Origin: Cytophagales bacterium | GTDB taxonomy: Bacteria > Bacteroidota > Bacteroidia > Cytophagales > JAAEPT01 | DNA length: 64,000 nt | Reading direction: 5' to 3' | Assembly: GCA_965230415.1 (NCBI GenBank) | Contig: CBDDKZ010000001.1 | Span: forward strand, 77,184 to 141,183 | In this document: in pieces, positions 1 through 10,251 of the stretch | Numbering within the stretch: position 1 is the stretch's first letter | Layout: the number at the start of each line of letters is the position of its first letter | Translations under genes and position numbers: made by a program | Notes under the pieces: generated by a model | Seen by the model: only the letters and a program-made list of their open reading frames with translations | Database searches by the model: none | Told to the model about the DNA's origin: nothing

Positions 1-677
1 GACAAATGGTAGCCCAATTGATAATGATTTGGTACCAGGTGATTAAATGAACCAAACTGCGCTTTATTGTAGCTAAAGACACCTAAATCATACAGCTGCG
101 CACGTAGTCCCATATCAAAATGAGGCAACCTGCCCCTCCCGCCTTCGCTCAATAGTGTTTCTGTTAAGGTAGCATCCCCCTCCAAAAACCAAATAGGAGT
201 CGTTAATCCTAAAATGGCTCCGGTTCCCTGTTCCCCCAATAACCAGTTAATCACCTTGGTTAGTCCCTTATTTAAATTACTTATTTGTACAATATGTCTG
301 TATTCATGAATCGCCAATAAGTCGATCCATGGTACCACATCATTATCCTGAGGCGGAGTCATAAAGAACTCGCTGCGGCGTGGAGCCCAAACGACAAAAC
401 CATTGGAGCTTACCGTTTTAGTTTGCAAAATAATCGATATCTTCTTAGGACTTTCCCCCATCGAAAAAGCAGCGGTATCGTATACCTGTTCGAGTTTATG
501 CGTCACATACTGCGCTGCATTTTCATGGTCCTTTGGAAAAATGACCTGAAAATGCATGGTATTTATCTGACTCCATTTCGTTTTCGAGGGATTTTGTCCG
601 AGCCGGTAATATTGCGACCACAGCTTATTGCCTGCCGAAAAAAGTGTTAATAGAATACAAATTACTACATATCTCAT
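1..677 (-). CDS. Secreted HExxH-motif protein (peptidase MA-like N-terminal domain), runs off the left window edge
   Basis: Not in the ORF track. The ATG at 677-675 overlaps the recQ stop (ATGA). It translates MRYVVICILLTLFSAGNKLWSQYYRLGQNPSKTKWSQINTMHFQVIFP...SNGFVVWAPRRSEF...WIDLLAIHEYRHIVQ...WFLEGDATLTET, giving a signal peptide, HExxH and a downstream E. Confidence 0.75.
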   Translation of the reverse strand, partial: MRYVVICILLTLFSAGNKLWSQYYRLGQNPSKTKWSQINTMHFQVIFPKDHENAAQYVTHKLEQVYDTAAFSMGESPKKISIILQTKTVSSNGFVVWAPRRSEFFMTPPQDNDVVPWIDLLAIHEYRHIVQISNLNKGLTKVINWLLGEQGTGAILGLTTPIWFLEGDATLTETLLSEGGRGRLPHFDMGLRAQLYDLGVFSYNKAQFGSFNHLVPNHYQLGYHL

Positions 678-2578
678 TTAAGCACTTTTATTTTTCCCGT
701 GTTGTCCTGCTCAATTATTCCCTGATCCATAAACTCTCGCAATACATAAACTACCATCGTCGAATCAACATTGCCCAGGCCTTCAGCAATATCGTTAATC
801 TCATAAACTTTGTCTGCTTCCAGTTTATTCAAAATCAGCGCTCCCACTTGCTCAACTGATAGCTCCTTTTTACTGTTCACGCAACAGTCGCAAATGCCAC
901 ATTCAACAGTGGATTCTTCTCCAAAATACTGATTTATTGTATTAGCTCTGCATGTGTCATTGTTATTAAGGTAATTCATAACAGCCTTTAGTCGCTCTTC
1001 ATCACGTTGCTTCAGATTCTTCCATCGCAAAACGTCCAGCGGAATTTTTGATTTATCTGTGCGCGGAATTAGAAAAGTGAGCTGGGGCATGCTCTTTCGT
1101 TTAATGTAATAAATCACTTCATGTTCATGCAGTCTATTCAATACATCTACCACCTTATTCCCTGAGAGATTGAGTCCCCGGCCTAATTTCTCCTCAGATA
1201 TTGTGGTAAAGTGTCCATAGAGTTGCCCTCCGTAAGTGCGCAGTAATAACTTAATGATAGTGTCGAAAGAGCTATTGGCTACTTGATATTTATACAATTC
1301 TTTGTGGTCTACTAAAAGTTTTAGTTTGGAAGGACTATGAAAAGATTCATTAAACTGAAGAATTTCGGACTCTTCCAAGCGCTTCAAAGCATAGTAGCAC
1401 TCAATAGGTTTGAAATTGTAAACGGCGCTGAACTTTTCTATGTCAAAATCGACACTTTCATTAGACAGGCTTCCCAGCGCCAGATTGAAGTAATTACCTA
1501 GCGCTTGATAAATATTCTGAATAGTCTCTTTTACGGGGTAAGACCTTTCTATATTATTTTTCAGCAGTTCAATATCCTGATTATGGTAAAGCAACAAGGC
1601 ATAAGATTTGACACCATCTCTCCCTGCCCTACCGGCTTCCTGATAATAAGCTTCCAAAGATCGCGGCGGTGAATAATGAATGACGAATCGTACATCTGGT
1701 TTATCTATCCCCATACCAAAAGCATTGGTAGCTACCATAACACGTGTCTTATTATTCAGCCAATTCTCCTGTTTCAGGTCTCTTATATCTGGAGACAACC
1801 CGGCGTGATAATAATCTGATGACACATTACGTCGCTTTAAAAAATCGGCCAGCGTCACAGAATCTTTCCTTGAATTAACATAAATAAGCCCGGGCCCCTC
1901 CACTTTTTGTATCACCGCTTCAATTTTATGCAGTTTATTCTCACCGTGATAGACCGAAAAGGAAAGATTGGGTCTTAGGAAAGATTGCCGGAATACCTGT
2001 ACATCTTTGAGCGCTAGTTTTTCTATGATGTCGGTTTGTACTGCCGGAGTTGCTGATGCTGTGAGCGCGACCATTGGCACATTTTCATGAACTTCCCGCA
2101 GCTGTGCCAATTGCAAATAAGGTGGTCTGAAGTCATATCCCCATTGCGACACACAATGAGCTTCATCGATGGCTATGAGTGCCACCTTCATGGACTGAAA
2201 ACGTTGCTGAAATAATTCTGTCTGAACGCGTTCCGGTGAAACATACAAAAACTTGTAATCACCATATAAACAATTATCGAGAGTGACATCAATTTCCTTG
2301 GCACTCATACCGGAATAAAGGGCTCCGGCCAAAATAGTTCTTTTGCGTAAGGCATCCACCTGGTCTTTCATAAGCGCTATAAGAGGAGAAACGACAATAG
2401 TCACCCCTTCAAGCATGAGGGCAGGAACCTGATAACATAACGATTTGCCGCCACCAGTGGGAAGTAAGGCCAGGCAATCTTTTTGATCTAATATGGATTG
2501 AATTATTTCTTCTTGTTGAGGACGAAACGACTGGTACCCCCAGTACTTTTGCAATATTTCGTGCATGCCACCTTGCAT
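674..2578 (-). CDS. recQ: RecQ-family ATP-dependent DNA helicase (Bacteroidota form without obvious HRDC)
   Basis: Motifs PTGGGKS, DEAHC, VATNAFGMGIDKPDVR, QEAGRAGRDG and Zn-binding CR...CGICDCC. An alternative ATG start lies at 2566. Confidence 0.93.
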   Translation of the reverse strand: MQGGMHEILQKYWGYQSFRPQQEEIIQSILDQKDCLALLPTGGGKSLCYQVPALMLEGVTIVVSPLIALMKDQVDALRKRTILAGALYSGMSAKEIDVTLDNCLYGDYKFLYVSPERVQTELFQQRFQSMKVALIAIDEAHCVSQWGYDFRPPYLQLAQLREVHENVPMVALTASATPAVQTDIIEKLALKDVQVFRQSFLRPNLSFSVYHGENKLHKIEAVIQKVEGPGLIYVNSRKDSVTLADFLKRRNVSSDYYHAGLSPDIRDLKQENWLNNKTRVMVATNAFGMGIDKPDVRFVIHYSPPRSLEAYYQEAGRAGRDGVKSYALLLYHNQDIELLKNNIERSYPVKETIQNIYQALGNYFNLALGSLSNESVDFDIEKFSAVYNFKPIECYYALKRLEESEILQFNESFHSPSKLKLLVDHKELYKYQVANSSFDTIIKLLLRTYGGQLYGHFTTISEEKLGRGLNLSGNKVVDVLNRLHEHEVIYYIKRKSMPQLTFLIPRTDKSKIPLDVLRWKNLKQRDEERLKAVMNYLNNNDTCRANTINQYFGEESTVECGICDCCVNSKKELSVEQVGALILNKLEADKVYEINDIAEGLGNVDSTMVVYVLREFMDQGIIEQDNTGKIKVLK

Positions 2579-2590
2579 ATCAATACATGC

Positions 2591-3907
2591 TTAAACTTTT
2601 ACTTCCACACTTTCGCAAAACTCCACCACCGCATCTTTGATTTTGTTAAATGTTGCTACCAGCAAATCTTCATCTTCCTCCAAAAGAGTTACCCGAAAAC
2701 CTTTCAGGTCAGAATGAAATGAGGATAGAGGTACCACACACACGCCTTTTGAAGCGAGCAGGTAATAAACGAAACGCTTATCGAGCTCTGTATCATCATT
2801 GATCCATTTGTCGACCAGTACCTGAATGCGTGAATCTTCTATTTCAAGAAACTGACCTTGTTTCAAAGCGTCATCTTTAAAGACTATCGTATTGTAAAAG
2901 GCACCAAAAGTTTCGTTGAAATGAACCTGAGGTAGTTCGCTCAAAATTGAAGCAATCAGCTTACTCCGACGACCTATTTTCTGATTTAATTCCTGACGAT
3001 AAGGCATATAACGATCGTCTCCCAATATTTTAGGAATAGCCAATTGCGGCAGCGTGGTGGAACATACCTCAATCATCTTTGCATCCTCCAGTGTGGCGCA
3101 TAAACGACTAAATTCCGGATCTTCGAAACGATTGTAAAACTCCATCCAGCCACAGCGGGAACCTGGCCATGGCACCTGCTTCGATATTCCTTTCATCGCA
3201 ATTCCGGGAACATCACCTATTACTTCGGCCAAAGAATAAGCCTTTGCCCCATTATAGGTTATCACATTGTATATCTCGTCGCTTATCAGAAAAAGATCAA
3301 ATTCTCTGGCAATTTCAACAATACGCTGAAGCGTCTCCAGAGGGTAAACCATTCCTGTAGGGTTATCCGGGTTGATAATCAGAATGCCTACAATATTGGG
3401 ATTGTATTTTACTTTAAGATAGAGTTCATCGATATCGGGAAACCAATGATTGTTTGGGTTCAATTCATAAGTCACAGGCACTTTATTAGCATGTGCCGCT
3501 TCAGCAGATGAATGCGTTGAATATGCCGGAGATGGCCCAATTACCCTCGATGACGCGTTTAGGTACTGATAAACTTTGTGGATAGCGTCGCCTAAACCGT
3601 TAAAGAATAAGATATCGTTTGCCGTTATTTGACTTCCACCCAGTTTATTAGTTCTTTCTGCAATGAACTGTCGCGTCTCAAGATCACCTTTAGAATGTGT
3701 ATAGCCATAAGACACATCCTGATTGATGAGCTCTGCCACAATGTTTTTGATCCAATCAGGTATTTTAAGGTTTTTCTGAATCGGATCTCCAATGTTTTCC
3801 CAATAAATAGGCCTGCCTATCTCTTGTAAAAGCTCTGCCTTCTTTACAATGTCCCTTATTTCGTATTCTAATTCTTCAACCCCGTCTTGTAATAACTTTG
3901 CCCTCAT
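2591..3907 (-). CDS. PLP-dependent aminotransferase class I/II (AlaA-like)
   Basis: NIGDP, INPDNPTG, SDEIY and the PLP-lysine region GISKQVPWPGSRCGW. Confidence 0.9.
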   Translation of the reverse strand: MRAKLLQDGVEELEYEIRDIVKKAELLQEIGRPIYWENIGDPIQKNLKIPDWIKNIVAELINQDVSYGYTHSKGDLETRQFIAERTNKLGGSQITANDILFFNGLGDAIHKVYQYLNASSRVIGPSPAYSTHSSAEAAHANKVPVTYELNPNNHWFPDIDELYLKVKYNPNIVGILIINPDNPTGMVYPLETLQRIVEIAREFDLFLISDEIYNVITYNGAKAYSLAEVIGDVPGIAMKGISKQVPWPGSRCGWMEFYNRFEDPEFSRLCATLEDAKMIEVCSTTLPQLAIPKILGDDRYMPYRQELNQKIGRRSKLIASILSELPQVHFNETFGAFYNTIVFKDDALKQGQFLEIEDSRIQVLVDKWINDDTELDKRFVYYLLASKGVCVVPLSSFHSDLKGFRVTLLEEDEDLLVATFNKIKDAVVEFCESVEVKV

Positions 3908-4087
3908 TGGTCCTCATTTTTTGTATCAACACTCAATTACATGATGAATGTGAATCACGATAGCTCAAATTTACATATTTTTGACAAATAACCCTTATTA
4001 ATCGAGGTCCAACCCTTATTGCGGATAAACAAGTGAATAAATATTGGCACTGATTTTGTATTATAATCATAACTTACAATAACTATT

Positions 4088-4702
4088 ATGACCGCTCAGA
4101 CTTACAATTATTTGCCTGCCAATTACAATATGAGGGATGGAAAACAATCAGAATACACCATTCTTGTTAACATCGGCGCATTCGTCGTATCAGCACTTGT
4201 CGCGAACTTTATACCGGCATTTGGTTTTTTCCTCTTTTGCCTGTCATTTGTCCTGGCTGCTTTTCTGGAGATAAGAAGTCGCAAACAACTACTACCGCGA
4301 ATGGTAAAACATTGTATTGGTCAAATTACTTTTGACAACAACTTTGCCCTGGATTTAAATAATCGACAAAAAATCCATTTTGATCAGGTGAAAAGAGTGC
4401 AAATAAAATCAAATTATATATGTGGCGAGCGGTTTTATTCTAAAGACGTTCAACATAACGGCTTGAATAAAATCACTTTTGTATTCAGCGATAATACTTT
4501 AAGTGCGTATTTATTATTGATAACTAACAAAAATGAATGGAATGCTTTAATACAGTTACTCACGCAATTTTACAAACAGGATATAGAGGTTAAAGAATAT
4601 ATGTTCAACCACGAGCTGAGATCAATCCTGCTTAATCCCGATTTAAGCTATGAGGAAATCCAGGAGTATAAAAAGGTTTTGGGTATCACTAAATTATACT
4701 AA
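4088..4702 (+). CDS. Hypothetical membrane protein (2 N-terminal TM helices plus soluble domain)
   Basis: 204-aa ORF with two hydrophobic stretches at about aa 25-60; no family recognised. Confidence 0.7.
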   Translation: MTAQTYNYLPANYNMRDGKQSEYTILVNIGAFVVSALVANFIPAFGFFLFCLSFVLAAFLEIRSRKQLLPRMVKHCIGQITFDNNFALDLNNRQKIHFDQVKRVQIKSNYICGERFYSKDVQHNGLNKITFVFSDNTLSAYLLLITNKNEWNALIQLLTQFYKQDIEVKEYMFNHELRSILLNPDLSYEEIQEYKKVLGITKLY

Positions 4703-4803
4703 ACGGATACAGACAAATAATAAGTTTACCGAAAAAATCGGAGCACTCATATGGTACGTTAGTCTCATTATCGAATAAGAAACGCTGATGCAGTTAAAAA
4801 AAT

Positions 4804-4811
4804 TACCTTTG
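4804..4811 (+). promoter_or_regulatory. Bacteroidota -7 promoter element TACCTTTG
   Basis: Exact match to TAnnTTTG, with no plausible CDS before the downstream terminator. Confidence 0.6.
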
Positions 4812-4815
4812 TGCT

Positions 4816-4943
4816 GTCCTTTTCGTAACTGTTAACGTTTCCACTGGTTTGGTTTGGTTACAAGGAAATATTTCAGAAGAACGCGATAGGATTGTGATTA
4901 GATTGTGTTAGTTAAAGAGCCCACACCCGTGGGCTCTTTTTTT
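4816..4943 (+). ncRNA. Candidate small RNA (~125 nt)
   Basis: Lies between the -7 promoter and an intrinsic terminator. Contains G/U-rich repeats (GGTTTGGTTTGGTT, GATTGTGATTAGATTGTGTTAG) and no credible ORF. Confidence 0.45.
4914..4943. terminator. Intrinsic terminator, probably bidirectional
   Basis: AAAGAGCCCAC-accc-GTGGGCTCTTT followed by a T run, adjacent to the stop of the minus-strand UXS gene. Confidence 0.8.
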
Positions 4944-5880
4944 ATTCTTTTAATAAGGTATCGAAGTACGATATGGTCTTTTCCAGCCCTTCTTCAAGTG
5001 CAACTGTCGGTTCCCAATTTAATTCTTTTTTGGCTATATCAATCTCTGGTTTACGCTGCATCGGATCATCTTGTGGTAGCGGTTTATGGACCAATTTTGA
5101 CCCTGCCCCTGTTAATTCGATTACTTTCTCTGCCAGTTCTTTGATGGTAAACTCCGATGGATTTCCAACGTTAACAGGACCGATGAATCCTTTTTCCTTA
5201 TTCATCAACTTAATCATGGCCGCTAAATTATCATCAACATAACAAAAACTTCTGGTTTGATTGCCTTCACCATAGATGGTTAAATCCTCTCCTTTTAAAG
5301 CCTGGACAATAAAATTTGAGACTACTCTTCCATCCTGTGGGTGCATCCTTGGTCCATAGGTATTAAAAATCCTCATTATTTTTATATCCACCTTATTTTG
5401 GTTATGGTAATCCATAAACAGTGTTTCAGCACATCGCTTTCCTTCGTCATAACAACTTCGCTCTCCTATTGTATTCACGTTTCCCCAATAAGATTCTGGC
5501 TGTGGATGTATCTTTGGATCACCATAAATTTCACTGGTACTTGCCTGCAAAATGGTCGATCTGGTTCTTTTAGCTAAGCCTAGCATATTAATAGCCCCCA
5601 TAACTGAAGTTTTTATTGTCTTTATGGGATTGTATTGATAGTGGATAGGTGAAGCCGGACAAGCCAAATTATAGATTTGGTCGACCTCTGCATAATAAGG
5701 TGAAATAATATCGTGACGTACCAATTCAAAATTTTTATCATCCATCAAATGCCAAATATTTCTTTTTGAACCTGTAAAAAAGTTATCCAGACAAATAACT
5801 TCGTTTCCTTGCTTCAATAGGATTTCACAAAGATGAGAGCCCAAAAAACCGGCCCCCCCTGTTACTAGTATTCTTTTCAT
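4942..5880 (-). CDS. UDP-glucuronic acid decarboxylase (UDP-xylose synthase) family
   Basis: [51 protein letters not shown]. Confidence 0.95.
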   Translation of the reverse strand: MKRILVTGGAGFLGSHLCEILLKQGNEVICLDNFFTGSKRNIWHLMDDKNFELVRHDIISPYYAEVDQIYNLACPASPIHYQYNPIKTIKTSVMGAINMLGLAKRTRSTILQASTSEIYGDPKIHPQPESYWGNVNTIGERSCYDEGKRCAETLFMDYHNQNKVDIKIMRIFNTYGPRMHPQDGRVVSNFIVQALKGEDLTIYGEGNQTRSFCYVDDNLAAMIKLMNKEKGFIGPVNVGNPSEFTIKELAEKVIELTGAGSKLVHKPLPQDDPMQRKPEIDIAKKELNWEPTVALEEGLEKTISYFDTLLKE

Positions 5881-5881
5881 G

Positions 5882-6346
5882 CTAAAAGTTTTTTTCTTTA
5901 ATCGTTTCCAAAGCTTGGTCTATGCCTTCAATATGAGCATTAATATTGGCAAGTGCTCTTACCTGATAGACTAATTTTCCGCCCTTTTCTATTACGAAAG
6001 TTTCCCTTCCGGGTATAAAAAATAGTTCATTTTTAACATTATACATTTTCCTGACGCTGTTTTCGCGATCTATTAAAATAGGAAAGGGAATTTGGTAAGA
6101 TTGCGAAAATTTTCTATGACTCCGGGAGCTATCATTATTTATCCCTAAAACCTTCACTTCCCGAGATAGAAAATCCTCATACCTGTCACGTAATGCACAG
6201 ACCTGAGCGGTACATCCTTTTGTAAAATTTTTGGGATAAAAAAAGAGAATTACAATATGATCTTTGTTAATGTCACAAAGTGTATAATTTCGACCTTCAG
6301 CATCACTTAAAGTAAAATCTGGCACAAATTGTCCAATGTCCAACAT
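5882..6346 (-). CDS. bcp: Peroxiredoxin Bcp/PrxQ
   Basis: [15 protein letters not shown] (PxxxTxxC plus resolving Cys) and GRETFVI. The ATG at 6346 is preferred over the GTG at 6352. Confidence 0.88.
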   Translation of the reverse strand: MLDIGQFVPDFTLSDAEGRNYTLCDINKDHIVILFFYPKNFTKGCTAQVCALRDRYEDFLSREVKVLGINNDSSRSHRKFSQSYQIPFPILIDRENSVRKMYNVKNELFFIPGRETFVIEKGGKLVYQVRALANINAHIEGIDQALETIKEKNF

Positions 6347-6471
6347 AAACACTTTTTTTTAATCAATCCTAAGTTATAACATATCACAAAGGTTAGATAT
6401 TTCTAAACAATTATATATATTAGACAGTATATAATTATACAAAGTAATTTATCTAATTGCTGAGACAGGAA

Positions 6472-6945
6472 ATGAACAATAAGAAGAATTATCATAAGTC
6501 ACTTTTGGCACTTACTAATGTTGTAGCGTGGGCAGATGGTGTGAATCATCCGTCGGAAGTAGATACCGTTGTAACCATGATTTTGCACGAAGGTATCGAA
6601 AATGATACTATCTCTGAATTCAAAACGCAATTCGAGGCGGCAGATAGTCTTGAAGATACTTACACCGACGCAATAGAAACCCTTAAAGCTGAAGATGAGC
6701 AATTGCAATCTAACGCTGTTGCCTGGATGTGGCAGGTAGCCAACGTTACGACGAATAAAGAAGACGAAGAAATAGACTTAGGGTACATTGAAGATCACTG
6801 GGTTAACAAAACGAAATATGTAGATCTGGAAGAGTTGGTATGGATAAACCGAGCCAGAAAGGAATTGGGTTTATCACTGGAGGCAATCAAGGAAAAGTTT
6901 AAAAACTTACCTGAAACGAAAAGAATCTACGACAGTCCGGTTTAA
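6472..6945 (+). CDS. TerB-like acidic helical protein
   Basis: VAWADGVNHPSE resembles the TerB ADG-x4-E motif, with a second WQVAN...EELVWI segment. ATG at 6472. Confidence 0.55.
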   Translation: MNNKKNYHKSLLALTNVVAWADGVNHPSEVDTVVTMILHEGIENDTISEFKTQFEAADSLEDTYTDAIETLKAEDEQLQSNAVAWMWQVANVTTNKEDEEIDLGYIEDHWVNKTKYVDLEELVWINRARKELGLSLEAIKEKFKNLPETKRIYDSPV

Positions 6946-6968
6946 TACAACTATTAATAAAAGTATAG

Positions 6969-7001
6969 AAAGGGCTGCCTCTTAATTGAGACAGCCCTTT
7001 T
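6969..7001. terminator. Bidirectional terminator between convergent genes
   Basis: AAAGGGCTGCCTC-ttaatt-GAGACAGCCCTTT. Confidence 0.75.
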
Positions 7002-7007
7002 ATTTTG

Positions 7008-7814
7008 TCACTGTATTACAATTTCTCCGTGCCATACGTCCAAATGGGCTAATGCGGCGTCTTTGTCCGCACGTATTTTCGCATAATCTTTCGATGCGAA
7101 AAAAGCATCATTGCTTGCTTTATCTTTCCATATTGCCAAGCCAAAGCTTTGAGGCACATAAGAATCCGGGCCAAAGTTTACCGGTGTGAACTGAACAGGA
7201 AATTGCACGTCGTATTTATTACCCCTGCCAGTTATAAGTGGCATGACATTCTTGAAATAGGTTTGCATTCTGTGACCTTCGATAGGGTCAAACCACATTC
7301 CAAATAATTCTACGAGTTTTCCTGATTCAAATTCAACCTCAGTATCTTCATCAACCTTCATGTATGAAAGTCGCAAGGAAGATAAAGCGTCGTTGCGAAT
7401 TCCCCGAATTTTCAAAAACCGTGGATCTTTTGTAAATGCGGCTCGCTTTTCCTCACTGGGCCACTCGAAAAACCCAATGATTTGTGGCTTAACGAAATTG
7501 GAGTAAGTATATTCGACTTTTATTTTGCCCAAAGGTTTCATACCATACTCTTGTGCAATGGGCATTACCTGGGCAAAATATTCTTCACTGAGTTGCTGCT
7601 GCTTACCTTCTTTGATACTCAAAAAAGCAACTTCAATCAATTTATTCTTCCTAAAAGAAATCTGTAGCCGCTTCGCGGACGCTTCTTTTTTAGCACTTAC
7701 AAGGTGTTTTTCATGTGGCACATGTAATTCGTTGCTTGCATGGATTAATGTAAACGATGTTGCGATTACAACAGCTGCTACAGCCATTGCGATTAAAATT
7801 GTTGTTCTTTTCAT
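7008..7814 (-). CDS. Secreted tandem DUF1330-like (dimeric alpha/beta barrel) protein
   Basis: N-terminal signal-like helix followed by two similar halves (YFAQVMPI...EWPSEEKRAAFTKDPRFLKIRGIR; YFKNVMPL...WKDKASNDAFFASKDYAKIRADK). Confidence 0.65.
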   Translation of the reverse strand: MKRTTILIAMAVAAVVIATSFTLIHASNELHVPHEKHLVSAKKEASAKRLQISFRKNKLIEVAFLSIKEGKQQQLSEEYFAQVMPIAQEYGMKPLGKIKVEYTYSNFVKPQIIGFFEWPSEEKRAAFTKDPRFLKIRGIRNDALSSLRLSYMKVDEDTEVEFESGKLVELFGMWFDPIEGHRMQTYFKNVMPLITGRGNKYDVQFPVQFTPVNFGPDSYVPQSFGLAIWKDKASNDAFFASKDYAKIRADKDAALAHLDVWHGEIVIQ

Positions 7815-7828
7815 TTTTTATTTAATTT

Positions 7829-7846
7829 AATATGACCAGTCGTACA
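7829..7846. promoter_or_regulatory. Putative TetR operator copy 1 (AATATGACCAGTCGTACA)
   Basis: Identical 18-mer at 8451-8468; near-palindrome TATGAC-CA-GTCGTA; lies just upstream of the DUF1330-like gene. Confidence 0.75.
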
Positions 7847-7863
7847 TTATTTATTTAAAATTT

Positions 7864-8448
7864 TTAATTTAACAGTAAATCGAGTGTAAAAAGAAATGCA
7901 TTAAAAGCATCCTGGTTTCGCGACGATTTTACCCGCATCAAAGCACCATTCCAACTATTGACTATGGCTTCGGCCATCAATGTGGTGTTTTTTTCCGCAG
8001 CAAGCTCATTGCTGCTCTTCGCCCGGTCCAGGCACTGAGCTATAGCCTTAGTCATTACCGTGAAAGCCTGATCCACCGATTCTGCAATGACCTCGGACTT
8101 ATCAGCAACCTCCTGACAGAGGTTAGATACCACACAGCCGTTTTTATAGGCGTTGACATGAATGACCGTATCAATTTTTTGTTCATAGAAGTTCCTGATT
8201 TTCTGCAACGGAGAACCCGGAGCTTTAATTAAAATCTCCTCATATTCTTTTTCCAAAGTCGATGCAAAATCCTCCAATACTGATTGTGCAAACAGTTCTT
8301 TGTGCTTAAAATGATTGTAAAACGATCCTTTAGACACATCCGTATTATCAGTAATTTCCTGAATACCGGTAGCGTTATACCCTTTTTCCAGAAAAAGCTG
8401 AAATCCATTTCTAATCAGATTGTGCTTCGTATTTTTCATTTCATTCAT
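7864..8448 (-). CDS. TetR/AcrR family regulator (NemR/AcuR-like C-terminus)
   Basis: KGYNATGIQEI...VSKGSFYNHFKHKE HTH, GCVVSNL and WNGALMRVK. Start is at ATG 8448 or 8439. Confidence 0.92.
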   Translation of the reverse strand: MNEMKNTKHNLIRNGFQLFLEKGYNATGIQEITDNTDVSKGSFYNHFKHKELFAQSVLEDFASTLEKEYEEILIKAPGSPLQKIRNFYEQKIDTVIHVNAYKNGCVVSNLCQEVADKSEVIAESVDQAFTVMTKAIAQCLDRAKSSNELAAEKNTTLMAEAIVNSWNGALMRVKSSRNQDAFNAFLFTLDLLLN

Positions 8449-8450
8449 TA

Positions 8451-8468
8451 AATATGACCAGTCGTACA
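8451..8468. promoter_or_regulatory. Putative TetR operator copy 2, overlapping the tetR -7 promoter
   Basis: Same 18-mer as 7829-7846; the minus-strand TATATTTG element abuts it at about 8467-8474. Confidence 0.75.
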
Positions 8469-8618
8469 AATATACTTTTTGTCGGCAACAAATCAATGAT
8501 GAATCGAACTATTTTTTGTAATTGTCAATAGAAAGACAATTGTTATAACAAAGTGAATTTCCATAAACAGTCGCGCGGTAGTATTTATTTCATTATATTC
8601 CTTATAAATACTTTTATT

Positions 8619-10043
8619 ATGTACCGATTTGTTCTCATAATCATCTGCACTGTCGGCGTATCGGGTCTCTACGCACAGACTAACAAAAAGGGAGTTGGTT
8701 ACAATGGGAATAGTGTTTATTCGAGCAATACACCCGAGCTCATCGATTCTTTTGGTTTGAGTTGGTACTACAATTGGTGGATTGAAGGTGAAAACGCAGC
8801 GGAAACCGAATTTGTTCCGATGATTTGGAATGACAGCCCCAATTACATTTCAGCTAATGCACTGGCTATAGCTGCGGGCAACTCCTCCCCCTACCTACTC
8901 GGTTTCAACGAACCCGATCATGAAGACCAGGCGAATATGACTGTGGAACGGGCCCTGGAAGTATGGCCTTTGCTCATGCAAACCAACAAGCTCCTGGGAA
9001 GCCCTGCTGTAGCCGGAATCGCCTATGAGGATAATGGCTGGCTCGACCGCTTTATGCTTGAAGCAAATGCACGTGACTACCGGATCGATTTTATCTGTAT
9101 ACACATTTATCAGCCCACGCACAATCTTGACTGGGTTTTGGATTATTGCAGAAATACACATGAAAAATACGGTTTACCTATCTGGATTACCGAATGGTCT
9201 CTTGTGGACTGGACCGGTAACAACATGCCTTCAGAACTTACTCAAGCCAATTACCTACGACAGGTTGTAAGGGCTTTGGACACTATTGATTATGTACATC
9301 GCCACGCCTGGTTTGCGTTCTACGACAGCGGTGAATTAACTACCAAATGGGACATGGGACTGGTAGATGATGATGCATCCATCACTTTGACAGGAATTGC
9401 CATGCAACAGAGTCCGGAGCATGGATGGCATAAAGTTGATGACCGACATCCCATGGTCAGTCATGACGATAACTGGAGTACCTACGAATATCCAGGCTTG
9501 GGTTACAAAGGCACATTCACCTACAGCGAACAAATGAACAGTGCGTTAACTTTTACATGGACGGGAACACAAGTCCGTTGGTTTGGCTACTTACGGGACG
9601 ACCTGGGAATAGTAGCCATTTACCTAGACAATGAATACATCACTTCCGTCGACTGTTATGCACCCAGCCTGTCCACCGATTGTTTATTATTTGAATCCGA
9701 AGTATTAAATATGGGCAACCACGTTCTTACATTGGTGGTATCGGGCAACAATAATACTTCAAGCAGCGGCTTCGAAATTATCTGCGATGCCTTTGCTTAC
9801 CGTGAAGATTCCATTCTTACATCGACCTTAGCACCACCACACCAACTAATTTCTATGTTCCCCAACCCCGCTTCCACACAGGTACGACTAACGCAGGCAA
9901 GCCAATGGAATGTTATAGATATGCACGGTAAATTATTATTGTCAGGTTTTGGCTCCATTATTGATTTACGGGGTTTAAAACCCGGAAATTACTACGTAAA
10001 GGCCGGTCTCAACACCTTCCAGCTTATCAAAATACCGCGTTAA
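8619..10043 (+). CDS. GH128-like beta-1,3-glucanase with C-terminal beta-sandwich and T9SS type A sorting domain
   Basis: SWYYNW, FVPMIW, LGFNEPD, PIWITEW (two catalytic Glu) and CTD MFPNPAS...LKPGNYYVK. Signal peptide from ATG 8619. Confidence 0.85.
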   Translation: MYRFVLIIICTVGVSGLYAQTNKKGVGYNGNSVYSSNTPELIDSFGLSWYYNWWIEGENAAETEFVPMIWNDSPNYISANALAIAAGNSSPYLLGFNEPDHEDQANMTVERALEVWPLLMQTNKLLGSPAVAGIAYEDNGWLDRFMLEANARDYRIDFICIHIYQPTHNLDWVLDYCRNTHEKYGLPIWITEWSLVDWTGNNMPSELTQANYLRQVVRALDTIDYVHRHAWFAFYDSGELTTKWDMGLVDDDASITLTGIAMQQSPEHGWHKVDDRHPMVSHDDNWSTYEYPGLGYKGTFTYSEQMNSALTFTWTGTQVRWFGYLRDDLGIVAIYLDNEYITSVDCYAPSLSTDCLLFESEVLNMGNHVLTLVVSGNNNTSSSGFEIICDAFAYREDSILTSTLAPPHQLISMFPNPASTQVRLTQASQWNVIDMHGKLLLSGFGSIIDLRGLKPGNYYVKAGLNTFQLIKIPR

Positions 10044-10251
10044 ACCACGCGATGTTCTTACAAGTACAGAAAGCTCTTTTCTACCTTCACTATCAATTTG
10101 AGGGCATTTTTTTGCATTTATTAGTCCCAGTAGCACCTACTACATCAGGCACTCACAAATAACAGATTCTTATTTGATATTTCATTTTATTAGTTTAAAT
10201 TATTAGGTAATTGTCAATCACCCCCATTCGCACTTTATCTATTCAACTTAA

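Noticed and set aside
423-859. Plus-strand ORFs 423..650 and 644..859
   Set aside because: They overlap genuine minus-strand genes and show no family features.
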